From positions 384,001 through 448,000 of the forward strand of contig CBDEFO010000004.1 of NCBI GenBank assembly GCA_965237525.1: a stretch of 64,000 bases of DNA, written 5' to 3'. The translations under genes were made by a program, and so were the position numbers. Positions 1-11,748 of this stretch are shown piece after piece (position 1 is the first letter of the stretch; every line of letters begins with the position of its first letter). The notes beneath the pieces are model-generated. The model searched no databases. It was not told where the DNA came from and saw only the letters and a program-made list of their open reading frames with translations. Origin of the DNA: Candidatus Latescibacterota bacterium (GTDB lineage Bacteria > Latescibacterota > CBDEFO01).

Positions 1-72
1 CTCCGTCACTACAGGTAGGAGCTTGCCTTAAGGGATGAGGAGGAGACATATCAATCGCGCAAAAGATAAGGA

Positions 73-663
73 TTATATCCTCGGCAGAGTAATCGCCTTT
101 TGAGCCTGGTATTTTCCCTTCTTATCCGCATAGGATGTCTCGCACTCCTCGCCGCTTTCAAAGAACAATACTTGGGCTATACCCTCGTTGGCGTATATTT
201 TGGCTGGAAGAGGAGTCGTATTCGAAATCTCCAGGGTGGCATATCCCTCCCAGCCCGGTTCGAAAGGAGTCACGTTTGTTATTATACCGCACCTTGCGTA
301 AGTGGATTTCCCAAGGCACACAGTCAGGACGTTCCTCGGGATCCTGAAATACTCAACTGTCCTTGCAAGAGCGAACGAATTCGGGGGGATAATACACACA
401 TCCCCCTTGAAATCCACGAAAGATTGGGGATCGAAATTCTTGGGATCGACAATAGAGCTATTCACATTCGTGAATATCTTAAATTCATCTGCCACCCGAA
501 TGTCATATCCATAGCTGGAAAGACCGTAACTAATGACGCCATCCCTCTTTTGACTTTCCACAAAAGGCTCTATCATCGCTGCTTCGAAAGACAACTTTCT
601 TATCCATCTGTCGCTCTTCAATCCGAAATAAAATTCGTCGTTGTCAACCAATTTTCCCTCCAT
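73..663 (-). CDS. dcd: dCTP deaminase
   Basis: LKSDRWIR N-terminus, [36 protein letters not shown]-terminal motifs. Confidence 0.95.
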   Translation of the reverse strand: MEGKLVDNDEFYFGLKSDRWIRKLSFEAAMIEPFVESQKRDGVISYGLSSYGYDIRVADEFKIFTNVNSSIVDPKNFDPQSFVDFKGDVCIIPPNSFALARTVEYFRIPRNVLTVCLGKSTYARCGIITNVTPFEPGWEGYATLEISNTTPLPAKIYANEGIAQVLFFESGEECETSYADKKGKYQAQKAITLPRI

Positions 664-989
664 CTGGGCTGATCTTATATTTTGTTCTACATCGCTCCGT
701 TGCGACGCTTCCAGTGGTTCTTAGGACTGTGGAACGCTAGGTGACCTGACTCCACGACGCTGCTCTCATTTGGATTGCTCTTTTCAAAGTCGTGATCGGT
801 ATTAGAATCGACGAGAGACACATCCTATTTGCTCAGGTCAAAGCTAATAAGCAATCTGAACTACCCGGCTGACTGAAGTATTTTCTGCCGAACCTGAATC
901 GGCAGCAACATTAACCCTCAAAAGATATATAAATGTAATTAAGTAGCTTGAGGGAACTTGCTTCGGATATAAGTGATTGGGACCTCTCT

Positions 990-1073
990 TGAGATTGCTT
1001 AGGGAAAAGCACCCCTCACAATGACTAAGGGGCTGGACAAGCAGCGTCATTGTGAGCGAAGCTATGCAATCTC
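990..1073. repeat. Pair of GAGATTGC...AATGAC / GTCATTG...GCAATCTC REP-like elements
   Basis: Same terminal motifs recur at ~16660-16760, 42840-42886, 50663-50746 and 60345-60485. Confidence 0.7.
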
Positions 1074-1075
1074 AT

Positions 1076-1153
1076 TTAGATTACCTCGCCCTGTATGATG
1101 CCCACTATTTCGGATCTCTATAAGCTTGTTCAGACTATTTTGACCCGACACTT
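1076..1153. repeat. ~80-bp dispersed repeat ending GACTATTTTGACC(C/T)(G/A)A(C/T)ACTT, copy 1 of 4
   Basis: Similar to 42889-42968, 60489-60566 and the reverse complement of 6058-6130. Confidence 0.7.
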
Positions 1154-3251
1154 AATAGACAACAGAGACAGAACCGCTCTCAAACTCCTCTAGCGAAGCC
1201 TCCACCGATATGCGATACAGATATATCCCGGGCGGAACCAGATTGTCGCCGCTGCCTCTGCCATCCCAACTACGGTCATATGCTCCTGCGGGATCAACTC
1301 CAGAATACACGTTCTTTATTAGGAGGCCGGATAGATCGTATATATCTACTGAGACCGGAACAGGAGCGGTCACCTTCAAAAGGCCATAAGATATCTTCAA
1401 CTTGTCGTTGATACCATCCCCATTGGGTGTGAAGGGATCTGGTGTAACCTCAACGGAGGTCAACAACGGTGCGTCCAAAGACGTAATTACAGAAAGAATA
1501 TCGCTATCTATCTCATCTGCCGCATTACCCTCCTTGATCCTCTGACGGACCTCGTGCGTCAGGTCGCTGTCAAACACCCTGCCGTTAAAAAAGGTATTGC
1601 GCACCACCAAAACAGGAGCGCTGAAGACGATTTCAATTAGAGATCCACTGTCTTCAATCTCCATCTTCCTCGGCAACTTAACCTCAAAGCCGTCTTCCCT
1701 TAGCATCAGGGTAAAATCTTCCCGCTTAATGTTGATGCCATCTATTCTGAGCGAATCGACCGAAGTAACCCCAAAAGGCGTTAAAATCTCCACGCTATCG
1801 AATCCTGTATCGCCAACTCTGATCTCCGAATTGATAAAATAAGTAAACTGTACCGGCTTTGCTATCTCGACCTCCACTGGGAATATCTCACCTACTAGGG
1901 TCGAAGCCGCAGGAGTCGGAGAGACTTTAAATTGTAAATAGTCTATCTTGCCCCCATCCTGCCCAAAAGAGACAAAATCCACCTTTATCTGAAAGAACTT
2001 GCGGGGGCCCGGAGAAAATATGTCTGTTCCCGGACTCTCAAAAACGTAAGGTTCTGACCAGAAGCTCCAGTTTTGCGTATCGTAAGTAACTCCACCTTGA
2101 ATATTGGGAGTCAGCTTATCGTATTTTTGTTTGTACTCCTTTGAACTGAGCTCTACTCCCTGCTGATTGGTCGAACGAATAACTGCCAACGTTTGCTGCG
2201 CACCTCTGATGTCCCAGTAGACGTCCGGTTGGGGATCTTTTCCGCTCCTTGTTCTGATCTGAACCCTAGCCTTGGGATCACGCCTCCCCGACCAGGTGAT
2301 CTCTCCCAAAGTGGCGCTCCTATCAAACTCAATCATGTCAGCTATATAAGAGGCATCAGGTACAAAGCCCGGTCCGAGGACTTCAATCTCGGCGATCTCT
2401 ATCGCCTTTTGCCCTTTGCGCCAGATGTACAGCCCCACATAAGAGACCCTCTCCCGTGGCTGAAAGGTGAAGCTAACTACAGGAGATAGAAAGTTATTTG
2501 GCACATGCACTACATTCAACCGTGCATCGTAACGGGGCAAATTTGGGAAGTCCGGGATGACCATTAATCCTCGACAAAGCATGAACCCGGGACTCGTATC
2601 ATCACTGAAACCGTCGAAATCCTCCGGGAGGCCCTGGCTGAGACCCAATTCGTAATCCGGCAAAAAGCGCTCCGTATGTTCCTCTCGAGTATAGAATTTT
2701 ACTTCATTTACGAGAAATAGTCCGCCTAAGTAAATAACCACACGCTCGCTTATCCTGTGACATCTTGCGCCACTTCCTTCACTACCCTGTGGCCACACAA
2801 AGGCCGTGGTAGGATCCCCATCTATCAGGTTATTCCCCACGTTGCCTTCGATGTCATATACCTCTTTTGAGCCTGGCAACTCGTCTCCTGGGGTACCTAC
2901 CTTCACCCATCCTCCTCTGTCCAGAGCCGTTATGGCTATGCTCTCACCCTCAGCAAAAAGCTTGGGTTGAATTGAGCTGGCATCCCCCGCCTTCAGGGAA
3001 TCCACGTCGAGGCTATTCACCGACTCATAATCTTTCGAGCTGATCTCCCTGACACCGAGCCCTATCTTCCCGCTCTCCAAGAGACTGTCGTTTATCTCCT
3101 GGATACTGTCCTTTTCTGCAGGTGAAAAGGGCTTTCCGATTCTATAGATAATCGCAGAGGATGCGTCACCTGAAAAGATGATGATGCCTATCCAAGCTAC
3201 CAGAATCAATCCTGTCAGCTTACATAAAATACTACCTACTGTTGATGCCAT
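1152..3251 (-). CDS. Large secreted protein with a C-terminal FlgD-Ig / gliding-motility-associated CTD
   Basis: Signal peptide; discoidin-like DGDPTTA segment; C-terminal PDPFTPNGDGIND...IYDLSG...WDGRG...PPGIYLY; GGAGG RBS. Confidence 0.8.
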   Translation of the reverse strand: MASTVGSILCKLTGLILVAWIGIIIFSGDASSAIIYRIGKPFSPAEKDSIQEINDSLLESGKIGLGVREISSKDYESVNSLDVDSLKAGDASSIQPKLFAEGESIAITALDRGGWVKVGTPGDELPGSKEVYDIEGNVGNNLIDGDPTTAFVWPQGSEGSGARCHRISERVVIYLGGLFLVNEVKFYTREEHTERFLPDYELGLSQGLPEDFDGFSDDTSPGFMLCRGLMVIPDFPNLPRYDARLNVVHVPNNFLSPVVSFTFQPRERVSYVGLYIWRKGQKAIEIAEIEVLGPGFVPDASYIADMIEFDRSATLGEITWSGRRDPKARVQIRTRSGKDPQPDVYWDIRGAQQTLAVIRSTNQQGVELSSKEYKQKYDKLTPNIQGGVTYDTQNWSFWSEPYVFESPGTDIFSPGPRKFFQIKVDFVSFGQDGGKIDYLQFKVSPTPAASTLVGEIFPVEVEIAKPVQFTYFINSEIRVGDTGFDSVEILTPFGVTSVDSLRIDGINIKREDFTLMLREDGFEVKLPRKMEIEDSGSLIEIVFSAPVLVVRNTFFNGRVFDSDLTHEVRQRIKEGNAADEIDSDILSVITSLDAPLLTSVEVTPDPFTPNGDGINDKLKISYGLLKVTAPVPVSVDIYDLSGLLIKNVYSGVDPAGAYDRSWDGRGSGDNLVPPGIYLYRISVEASLEEFESGSVSVVY

Positions 3252-3576
3252 GAACTTTCACCTCCCGGGTCTATTAACAGCTTCTTATATTCAAACGAAC
3301 CTCACACTCTATAAATACTAGATTTTAAAGATGGTTCTTTAGTTTCATTTTTGTGGCATGGCTACATGCGATATGGAAATAGATGAAGTGTAATATTACG
3401 TTACCCCACATATCACAGTTTTTCACGCTTTCATGCTGCAAATCAGTTCTAAATCCGAATAAACCAGAAGAATTACTTAGGTACACTATTATACTAAAGA
3501 ATAACTATGAGGTCAAGCAAAAAATGCCCCTTCTTCTAATCCTACTTTCGAATTAGCCGGCTGCAACCCTTTTTAT

Positions 3577-3605
3577 TTGACTATTCGACAAATAATTGTT
3601 ATATT
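3577..3605 (+). promoter_or_regulatory. sigma70-type promoter for the tRNA-Ser/gltX unit
   Basis: TTGACT-N17-TATATT. Confidence 0.55.
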
Positions 3606-3681
3606 TTAAAGTTCTTATTGGCAACATACGTAATCCCTATCTGCCACTAAATTAATAGATAGAGGGAAGAAGCCCTGTCTA

Positions 3682-3704
3682 CCCCCGATAGATTCAATCG
3701 GGGG
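3682..3704. repeat. CCCCCGAT...ATCGGGGG mini-hairpin element
   Basis: CCCCCGATAGATTCAATCGGGGG; about 10 related copies in the window. Confidence 0.8.
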
Positions 3705-3722
3705 CTGTTCTCCACCTGGATC

Positions 3723-3813
3723 GGCGGGGTGCCCGAGTGGTTTAAGGGAGCGGTCTTGAAAACCGTCGGCCTGTAGCCCAGGCCCGTGGGTTCGAATCCT
3801 ACCCCCGCCGCCA
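3723..3813 (+). tRNA. tRNA-Ser(TGA)
   Basis: GGCGGGG/CCCCGCC acceptor stem, CT-TGA-AA anticodon loop, long variable arm, GTTCGAATC, CCA. Confidence 0.97.
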
Positions 3814-3835
3814 AGATTCAAAGATGACAATTCCT

Positions 3836-3929
<94 letters not shown>

Positions 3930-3947
3930 ATTAACGCTTACAGACCA

Positions 3948-4325
3948 ATGAATTGTGAAATTAGCCGCATAGACGTCTGGTCAGTCGTCAAGATCACATT
4001 TTTTGTGGGACTCTTTATAGGGCTTCTGTACGGTTTCGTCTGGATCGCCGTTGTCTTACTCATCTCCGGCTTTTTTAGCGCCATCATCCCTGACGAGTTT
4101 GCACCCGAGGGTATTTCCACTGGGATGGCTCTGGTAGTGCCCTTCTTCCTTGCTCCCTTTATGGGTATCTTGTGGGCTACTATTTCGGCTGCAGGCGTCA
4201 TAGTCTATAACCTCATTTCCAAATGGGCTGGCGGAATACGCATCGACGTGGAGCAGGAACTACCGCAATCGCCGCTAGATTCAATCGGGGATCAAAACGC
4301 CGTCCAAATCGAAAGTATCAGATGA
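3948..4325 (+). CDS. DUF3566-like two-TM membrane protein; C-terminal tail contains a mini-hairpin copy (4272-4290)
   Basis: ISRIDVWSVVK...YNLISKWAGGIRIDV pattern; stop overlaps the gltX ATG (ATGA). Confidence 0.75.
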   Translation: MNCEISRIDVWSVVKITFFVGLFIGLLYGFVWIAVVLLISGFFSAIIPDEFAPEGISTGMALVVPFFLAPFMGILWATISAAGVIVYNLISKWAGGIRIDVEQELPQSPLDSIGDQNAVQIESIR

Positions 4326-5776
4326 AGGATGAAATACTCAGGTTCGCGCCGTCTCCTACGGGAGGATTCCACGTAGGCAACGTCAGAACCGCTGTGTTTA
4401 ACTGGATCTACGTCAAAAAGTACGGCGGCAAGTTGCTTCTAAGAATAGAAGACACAGATAAAGAACGCTCCTCTCAAGAATCTATCGATACCATTCTAGA
4501 CGGCTTTGCATGGATCGGCATAGATTTTGATAAAGAGCCTCTACTTCAGTCCCAAAACGTTGAGGCGCATAGAGAATGCGCATACAGACTCTTAGCAGAA
4601 GGCAAGACGTACTACTGCTACTGCACGCCTGAACTCTTGGATCAAAAGAGGAAAGAAGCTCAAGAGAATAAGATCCCCTGGAGATATGACGGAACCTGCC
4701 GCAACCTTTCCTCAGAACAGATTCAAAAGCACGAGGAACGAGGCGCGCCCAAAGTCATAAGATTTAAAGTCCCGCAGGGGAGGACATCTTTTGATGACCT
4801 GGTCCGCGGACATATTGAATTTGACAACGAGCAAATAGGCGATTTTGTCATCATTAGAGCCGATGGTTCTCCCCTTTACAATCTGGCTGTGGTTGTGGAC
4901 GACGCCCAGATGGGAATTTCCCTTGTTATGAGAGCGGCGGATCATATATCCAATACCCCAAAGCAGATTATGCTCTTTGAGGCCCTGGGATTTCCCCCAG
5001 CTAAATTTGTTCATCTGCCTTTGATATTAGGACCCGATAAAAGAAAACTTTCAAAAAGACACGCAGCTACCTCCATTTTAGAATATAAAAAGAAGGGATA
5101 TCTGCCAGAAGCCATCGTAAACTTTCTATCCCTTTTGGGCTGGTCTCCCGGCGATGACAGGGAGAAGATGGACATGGACGAACTTATTGAGGCCTTCTCC
5201 ATCGAGGGAATCAGCGTTAAAGACGCCGTATTTGACGAAGCTAAATTAGAATGGCTTAACAGTCAGTATATAAACGATACTCCCGCAGACAAGCTCTTCT
5301 ATGAGGTCGTAAGTCTCTTCAAATCCGATGGGTTAATTGATGATACCGACGTACAGAACAAAAGAGAGTGGTTGATTTCAGTCATTGACCTGCTCAAGAC
5401 AAGGGTACGCACTCTTAACGATTTTGTAAAACTGGGACGATACTTCTTTGTGGATCCGGAGAAATACGAGAGCAAGGGCGTCAAGAAGTACTGGAAGGAT
5501 GCACACGTCCCGGACAGATTAGAGATCCTTGCAGAGCGTATCGATAGACTCGATAAGTTCAATGAGAAGACAATTGAGACTACTATAAAGGCTTTAGCCG
5601 AGGAATTGAACGTATCCGCCGCAAAGATTATGCATCCCACAAGGCTTGCCCTTTCCGGTATGTCCTTCGGTCCGGGTTTATTCGAACTTATGTCGCTCCT
5701 TGAAAAAGAGACTGTAATAGGGAGGCTTACGAGGGCGGCATCTATTCTTAAAGATGGCAGTCTGCAGTTGCTGTAG
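4322..5776 (+). CDS. gltX: Glutamate--tRNA ligase
   Basis: RFAPSPTG-HVGN (HIGH motif), LRIEDTD, KLSKR (KMSKS motif). Confidence 0.97.
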   Translation: MKDEILRFAPSPTGGFHVGNVRTAVFNWIYVKKYGGKLLLRIEDTDKERSSQESIDTILDGFAWIGIDFDKEPLLQSQNVEAHRECAYRLLAEGKTYYCYCTPELLDQKRKEAQENKIPWRYDGTCRNLSSEQIQKHEERGAPKVIRFKVPQGRTSFDDLVRGHIEFDNEQIGDFVIIRADGSPLYNLAVVVDDAQMGISLVMRAADHISNTPKQIMLFEALGFPPAKFVHLPLILGPDKRKLSKRHAATSILEYKKKGYLPEAIVNFLSLLGWSPGDDREKMDMDELIEAFSIEGISVKDAVFDEAKLEWLNSQYINDTPADKLFYEVVSLFKSDGLIDDTDVQNKREWLISVIDLLKTRVRTLNDFVKLGRYFFVDPEKYESKGVKKYWKDAHVPDRLEILAERIDRLDKFNEKTIETTIKALAEELNVSAAKIMHPTRLALSGMSFGPGLFELMSLLEKETVIGRLTRAASILKDGSLQLL

Positions 5777-5809
5777 TTGACTCAGTGAAAAGAGAAGAAA
5801 CTTGAGCGC

Positions 5810-5883
5810 TGCGCCCTCGTCTAATGGCAGGACAGCGGACTCTGGATCCGTCAATTGGGGTTCGAATCCCTGGGGCGCAGCCA
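5810..5883 (+). tRNA. tRNA-Gln(CTG)
   Basis: TGCGCCC/GGGCGCA stem, CT-CTG-GA loop, GTTCGAATC, CCA. Confidence 0.95.
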
Positions 5884-5893
5884 AAACAATCGC

Positions 5894-5927
5894 AAGGTCC
5901 TTAAAGTATATGCTTCAAGGACCTTTT
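5894..5927 (+). terminator. Rho-independent terminator-like hairpin after tRNA-Gln
   Basis: AAGGTCCTT...AAGGACCTT followed by a T-run. Confidence 0.55.
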
Positions 5928-6057
5928 CTAATTTGTTTTGAGTCTATTTGCTGCTTGCACGATGTGGAAAGTCCCTGCCGAAGATGAAGATAGGTGTGGA
6001 TTTCAACTATATGACCCCGCTAATCCCTATCTCTTTCTACTATAGCAATGTTGGGAT

Positions 6058-6183
6058 TGAATATCAAGTCAAAATAGTCCGGACAAGATTGTGAAGATGC
6101 AAAATGGTGGGAATATTGCAGGCGAAGGGGTGCCCCGTCTACCCCCGATTGAATCCCCGATTACGTCTATCGGGGATCAGGGG
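6058..6183. repeat. 80-bp repeat (reverse copy) plus a self-nested mini-hairpin (6142-6183)
   Basis: GTCAAAATAGTC motif; CCCCCGATTGAAT[CCCCGATTACGTCTATCGGGG]ATCAGGGG. Confidence 0.7.
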
Positions 6184-6198
6184 CTACTGCCTACATAT

Positions 6199-8750
6199 TT
6201 AATAGACTTTTAGCTCTCGAACGCATGTTCTGTAGAACCCACCTTTCTTTCTGCCGGAATCGTTCCACTGGCTGTAAACGTACAGTCTGATTTTTTTGGT
6301 AAAGACCGGTCTGAACGCATGGGAGATTTCGGACTTTTTATTATTTCTGACTCTTGTTTTTGAAATGTCCTTCCACTTCTTGCCGCTCAAATACTGAAGG
6401 ACGTATTGGTCGGGGATGAAGGCTATTTTGCTTTTATCGTTTGAACACCCTGTGTAGGCAACGATCTTGGAGATCAACTTTGATTTTTCAAACTCCAGTC
6501 CGAACCACGCCCATTCAGCCTTTTTGGCTCTTCCTCTGCTAGAAGCTGTGAATTCCAATTTCCCGTTGAGCATCTCTCCGTCGTTTATCCTGTTCAGGTT
6601 CCTAATCGGACCTGTTTCGGATTTTCCGATGGGAAAGCCGTAAAGGGCCAGGTTACCTGTAATAACCCCCCCTTGGAGACTTTAAATACCCGGGCGATGT
6701 CATGTTTTTCGCCCGTCTCGAAGACAAGTTCGAAGTTAGGGTTATTCTTAAAAGTGTAATAGGGGCCCCATTTGTCCTTGAGGACGTACAGATCCCCATC
6801 TTCGTTTTTAGAAAACCCGAGTATGCTCTCCAGACCTTTCAGAACGGGAATGTTCAGATTGTCTTTTGACTTGACCATGTCAATGTTTTTTCTGAGATTG
6901 GTCAGGACAGTGCCGTTGTGCGTATAGCTTCGGACAAGATCGGCGGCGAACCAGTTAGTAGCTATCAGGGCGTTTTTAGGAAGGTTGTGTTTGATCCATT
7001 GGCAGGCTGCATATTCAGACGAGGTAAACGTCAGTCCCCATCTGCCCCACCCTCTGCTGTTGGCGACAAAGGAAAACAGGAAGATAATAAGGCCAGAGTA
7101 GACGCCAAAGTAGGGCAAGTAAGTGAGTTTTCTTGCAGCTACCGAGTATCTTCTGATGCTTCTTCCCCATCGGAACGTGACACTGCAGAGGGCTTCTCCT
7201 GTTTGATCCTTTTGTCTTTCGATCAGCGCCTCTATTCCTTGTCGAATCGGGGCAATGACGTTATCGGCGACAAGGATGAGGAAAAAGGAGGCAAGAAAAC
7301 AAAGAGGATAGGAAAGAGGGAGAAAATATCTATAATAAGCCCCTATGACGGTGGGGAGTCCGTAGCGCGTGCCCAGGATCAGAGCAAAAAAGAAGATAAT
7401 ATAAGCGGCTAAGAATATCTTCACAAAGATATACTCTCTCCCAAAAATCGGCAGGAACATCGTAACTTTGAGGCGGTTTTCGCCCTTTTTGTCTTGTCCG
7501 TCGGTGAGTCCTAACCGAAGCGGACTACCTGGGAAAAACCCTGCAATAAGACAGACCAATCCGAGGATGGACCCCCAGAGGACCGGATGGCCTATGTTCC
7601 TGGACAGCTCAAATAGGAAGTTGGCGTCTTTTCGAGCTATCATATCCGTAGCCTCGCGGCTCGATACGAAGAGGCCCTCCACAAGCGATGATCCAAGGAT
7701 GTTCACCGCCCATACAACGATCATTATAAGAAAAATGCTCAGGGCGACAAAAGAGCCGCGTATTATACTTCGGCTGGATTCTTTGTCCTTTTTCAGGGCA
7801 CACGCAACGGCTGTACCGACCGTAAAGAGAACCAAGAGAGGAGCTAACAATGCCCCATTAACTTGGTTGCTCATAACCATAGCGGTGTAGAAGATGCCAA
7901 GAATCGCTGCAAACTGAAGCCGGCGCGATTGTATGAAGAGCAAGAAAAAGAGCAGCAACAGGGCAAAGTAGGGCAGTGACCAGCTCTGACTGAAACCAAT
8001 ACTTGTCCTTACTATATGTACCGGACTGGCGGCGAGGACCGCCGCTGTTGTGACGCCTAAAAGGGTGCTCTTCTTAATGGCGTATTTTCCAAGGAAGTAG
8101 ACTGATATAACTGCCAGACATCCCATAAGGATGCTTCCAAATTTAACCACATCTTTCGGAGAAAATCCTGAGATCAAAGCTATAACCGCCGTTAGTACGT
8201 AGCTGCCCTGCATCTCAAAGATAGGGACCTTTCCCATAATCAAAGGATCCCATCTTGCAATGTCGCCAGTTTCGACTATATGTCTTACTCTGGGGTGGTG
8301 TCTATAAGGATCAGTAGTCAAGAGGAGATCAGGGTGCTTGAGCGTATCTGTGAGTCTGAGTTCCACGGATAAAAGAAAGATTACAAAGAGAGAAAGGAGA
8401 ATCAAAAGCTGACCGCGGGAGAAATTACCCCGCAAATCTATGCCCTTTTTAAGGTAATACACTCCACAGGCTAAAAGGACTATAAGAAATACAACATATA
8501 TGTTTATCAGGGATATTTCAAATTGGAAGAGGCCGTTGAAGAGCATGAAAAGGAATGAGTAGAAGGCCATGCCGAAATAAACGCTCAGAACGATCCTGTC
8601 GGACAGGTCCTCAAATTTCCTGCGGATTAGCGGGAACAGATTAGAGAGTAGGAATCCCGTGACAATAAAGACTCCAAGAGGCAGAAGCATCCTGAATATA
8701 GTCCCAATATTTACTCCGGAATTTATGATATTTGCAAAGGGTGGGTTCAT
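6199..8750 (-). CDS. GT-C-type (STT3/PMT-like) polytopic membrane protein with a C-terminal discoidin-like domain; split by a 1-bp frameshift in a G7 run at 6666-6672
   Basis: Many TM helices, TTDPYRH motif. Adding one G joins ...VSKGG to VITGNLALYGFP...INDGEMLNGK and the 6199-6573 ORF (discoidin-like WFGLEF...YVLQY...KKW...IRLYV). Confidence 0.7.
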
Positions 8751-8756
8751 ATTTCT

Positions 8757-9460
8757 TTAGAACCTCTCCAAAAGGGAGTGGATATCCTGCGTCTTGATAA
8801 ATCTCACAGTGGCCTTTCTCCTCTTAGTTTTGGGTACAAATATCCAGACTCTGCTCCTTGAGACATTTTCATCGATTACAAGGGTACTGGATAGACCTGT
8901 TCTACGATCTCGAACCATCCATAAGGGTCTTCGTTGCCAGGAACGCAGAGCACAACGCTATGGGAATCGGTTGAGAAACTATAGACTCCCGGATCTACGT
9001 AGAGATATTCGGAGTTGTCAGAAGGCCAAAGGTTCCCAAAGCCTTCCACTTTCAAGGTATGCACCTCCTTTCCCCTTTTAAAAGTCAGGTTTGCTTCGCC
9101 TGTGATATTATGTTCTAATTCGGGTATAAGGACTTTAACTCCTGTCTTCCCCCTTCTTGTGAGCGTCATTATTGTGGGAAGGCCTTCCTGGACCTTCCAG
9201 AAGGTTCGACCTTTGGAGTTGGCAAAGATCACGACTTCTTTGACAGGAAACTCCCAGCTTTCCATCTGGGAGTTCAAGGTGACGGTATAAGTGCCGGCCT
9301 TCAGGAGTAGATCAAAAGGTCTTGGAATTTTTGAGCCGTCGATTGTTGGGGTTACAACTTTCACGCCGCTGTCTTCTCCCTGACCCATAGTGTCTGAAAC
9401 GGCCAGAAGGAGGAATAAAAGGACACGCACAGTTAAAGACATAGCATATGCTCCCTTCAT
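8757..9460 (-). CDS. Secreted hypothetical protein; probable 1-bp frameshift at ~8900 (given ORF stops at 8876)
   Basis: Signal peptide. One extra A extends the frame (TGLSSTLVIDENVSRSRVWIFVPK..., resembling an earlier internal segment) to a stop just before the next ATG at 8750. Confidence 0.6.
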
Positions 9461-10909
9461 TTACCAGTAAGTTTCATACATCACTTCCATAGCCAAAGTC
9501 TGGATGAAGAGCATCCCGACTATGACATATACTATAACATTGCTATCTGATGTCACTTTTTCAACAAAGTTAGCTATGGATATAAACAATACCGGAGAAG
9601 CAAAGAGCCATATTCTACCTGCTTCTCCCCGTATTATCCCAGAAATATCAATTAAAAGCAAAGCGGCCACAATGCTTATAAAGGGGATGTTTTCTCTTCG
9701 GAGAACCTTTCCTTTTATATCTTGAAGGATTTGAAGGCAGTAATGGACGACGAACCCTGCAACGGGAATCCCCAAAAAGGTGAAGAAGTCGGCCCAATTT
9801 CCAAAAATCCAATATCCGTAGGGTCTGTAGGGGGCTTTGAGTTGTCGATTATATTCATTCGCCTTAAAAAATACCTCAGCTATGTTATAGTTGAACAGTG
9901 CCAATAGCACAATATGAATCAGCAACACAAACCAACCCATAAGAAAGAGGGAGCGATAAATATCTACTTTATCCTGCACGTCAGAACGATTCAAAGTCAG
10001 CCAGACAACCATAAGGAAGAATATTACAAGAAGACCATTGGTAAAGGTCATAAAAAGGCTTGTCGAGTATAAGAGGGCAAAAACAAGGCAATTTAGTAAC
10101 TTGAATTTCTCCAGACATTTAAAGAAATAAAGCGCAGATAGCGCCGCTGTAAACATGAACATTACGTCCATAGACGTTACAGAGTATAGAACGACATTTG
10201 GTGAGAGTATATAGAGAACACAGATTAAATCGGCTCCCTTTTCTCCGTATAGTCTTCTGGTTATCCTATAGATAGGAACCACGGTTAGACTTCCGAAGAT
10301 AGCGACGAATAGGGAGGACCAGAATGCGTCTAATCCCAGCCTTGACAGACACCATAAGAACAAAATTGGTCCGGGAGGATGCGTAGATGAATGGAGGGAA
10401 AGATCTTTTAATCGGGACTCGTAATCGAAAATAAACTCTCCGTTTACCTTTCCTACATCTCCATAGTACTCTAATTTATCTCGCTGGAAGGTCTTCGTTA
10501 TAACTTGGACAAAATCTCCGTCAACAGAGGCGACGCATAAGTTCAGAAGAAAGGATGACAATACCAAGAGAGCTAATATAAGGTTGCTGTTTTTGATGCC
10601 TCTTTTTAAGACTGTGTGTATGACGTAGAATAAAAGGGGAGCAAATAGAAAAGGCAAGATGATCTTTGAAGTGATATTAGGATCATACATTGCGTATAGA
10701 GGATAGGCATTTATATTTTTACCCTTCAGTTCAAGCAATAGAGACTTTAGCCTATATGTATCAATCAAATAAGAGGTAAGAATCCTAAAACCAACGATAA
10801 AAAGACCCGCAAACAGAATCGAAAGGATGACGGAAATGTATTTTACCCGTATAGGGAGGGTAAACGATACGGATGCTGTGGTTATGTCTCTTTTCAAGCC
10901 TGACTGCAT
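9461..10909 (-). CDS. GT-C (family 39 / PMT-like) membrane glycosyltransferase
   Basis: STHPPGP motif, multiple TMs, GEAGRIWLF. Confidence 0.7.
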   Translation of the reverse strand: MQSGLKRDITTASVSFTLPIRVKYISVILSILFAGLFIVGFRILTSYLIDTYRLKSLLLELKGKNINAYPLYAMYDPNITSKIILPFLFAPLLFYVIHTVLKRGIKNSNLILALLVLSSFLLNLCVASVDGDFVQVITKTFQRDKLEYYGDVGKVNGEFIFDYESRLKDLSLHSSTHPPGPILFLWCLSRLGLDAFWSSLFVAIFGSLTVVPIYRITRRLYGEKGADLICVLYILSPNVVLYSVTSMDVMFMFTAALSALYFFKCLEKFKLLNCLVFALLYSTSLFMTFTNGLLVIFFLMVVWLTLNRSDVQDKVDIYRSLFLMGWFVLLIHIVLLALFNYNIAEVFFKANEYNRQLKAPYRPYGYWIFGNWADFFTFLGIPVAGFVVHYCLQILQDIKGKVLRRENIPFISIVAALLLIDISGIIRGEAGRIWLFASPVLFISIANFVEKVTSDSNVIVYVIVGMLFIQTLAMEVMYETYW

Positions 10910-10950
10910 AGTGACCTATCTTTGGTCCATTTTCCCTGCAAAAATGCTAT

Positions 10951-11748
10951 CTATCTTCTGAAGCCATCTTTTGAGTTGAGCCATTTGATCTTGTAGACGA
11001 CTATCTTGGGATAGGCGTTTCCTGTCGCTAGCCAGTGTGGCCGATACTCATGCATTGGAATCTCAGCGTTGTGCAAGGGGGTCAATTTGAACTTTTTTCC
11101 ATTTTGTCTGTAGATTCCCATTCGGTCCCCCAACGATACCCTTTTCAGTCTGGACTCAACCATAGCTAGGTGCGTCGCCTTTTTCTTTCGCATAAACTCG
11201 GGGGCGTTACCGGAAAAAAGGTAGCGAATGCTGGACGGATCCACCAAGCCACCTAGATCTACGATTTCCCTTTGAGAATAATAACCTATAGCTCCAATGT
11301 CATAAGCGGCAAGTACAGCATCCTTGCGTATGTTTTCGTTTATCCACTTGCCCGTCGAGACGTGCACTCTATTTATATGAAGCACACTGGCAGTATATAA
11401 ATCCCTCCACTGGATAGCGCTTCCCACGTATGTCGCTGTCCCCAGAAAGATTGCAATATAGTAAACAGAATTCAATAATATGGCCGATCTGAGACTCTTC
11501 GTATTCTTTATCTTTTTATAGACAAGGACAATTCCCGCAATCAAGAAGAACGTCACTAAGATCAGATTTATGGCCTGGTATCTTCCGGCGTGTCCTTTCC
11601 ACGGTATTAACACCGCATACATAAAATTATGCAAAATAAACCATGCAGACATTACAGTGCCTATTTTGGAAATAGAAACAACGTCTGGGGCAAAGGCGCG
11701 CAAGAAGCAGAGTTGAAAGAACAGATACAATACTATTACCGTTATTAA
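10951..11748 (-). pseudogene. 5'-truncated GT-C-like membrane protein, cut by the IS
   Basis: C-terminal DIGAIGYY...IVDLGGLVDP motif; the ORF's upstream part lies inside the IS, beyond the TTAA junction. Confidence 0.7.

Noticed and set aside
664..990. Possible ncRNA or small ORF upstream of dcd
   Set aside because: Only a short hairpin (CTGCCGAA...TCGGCAG) and uninformative short frames; no recognisable family.
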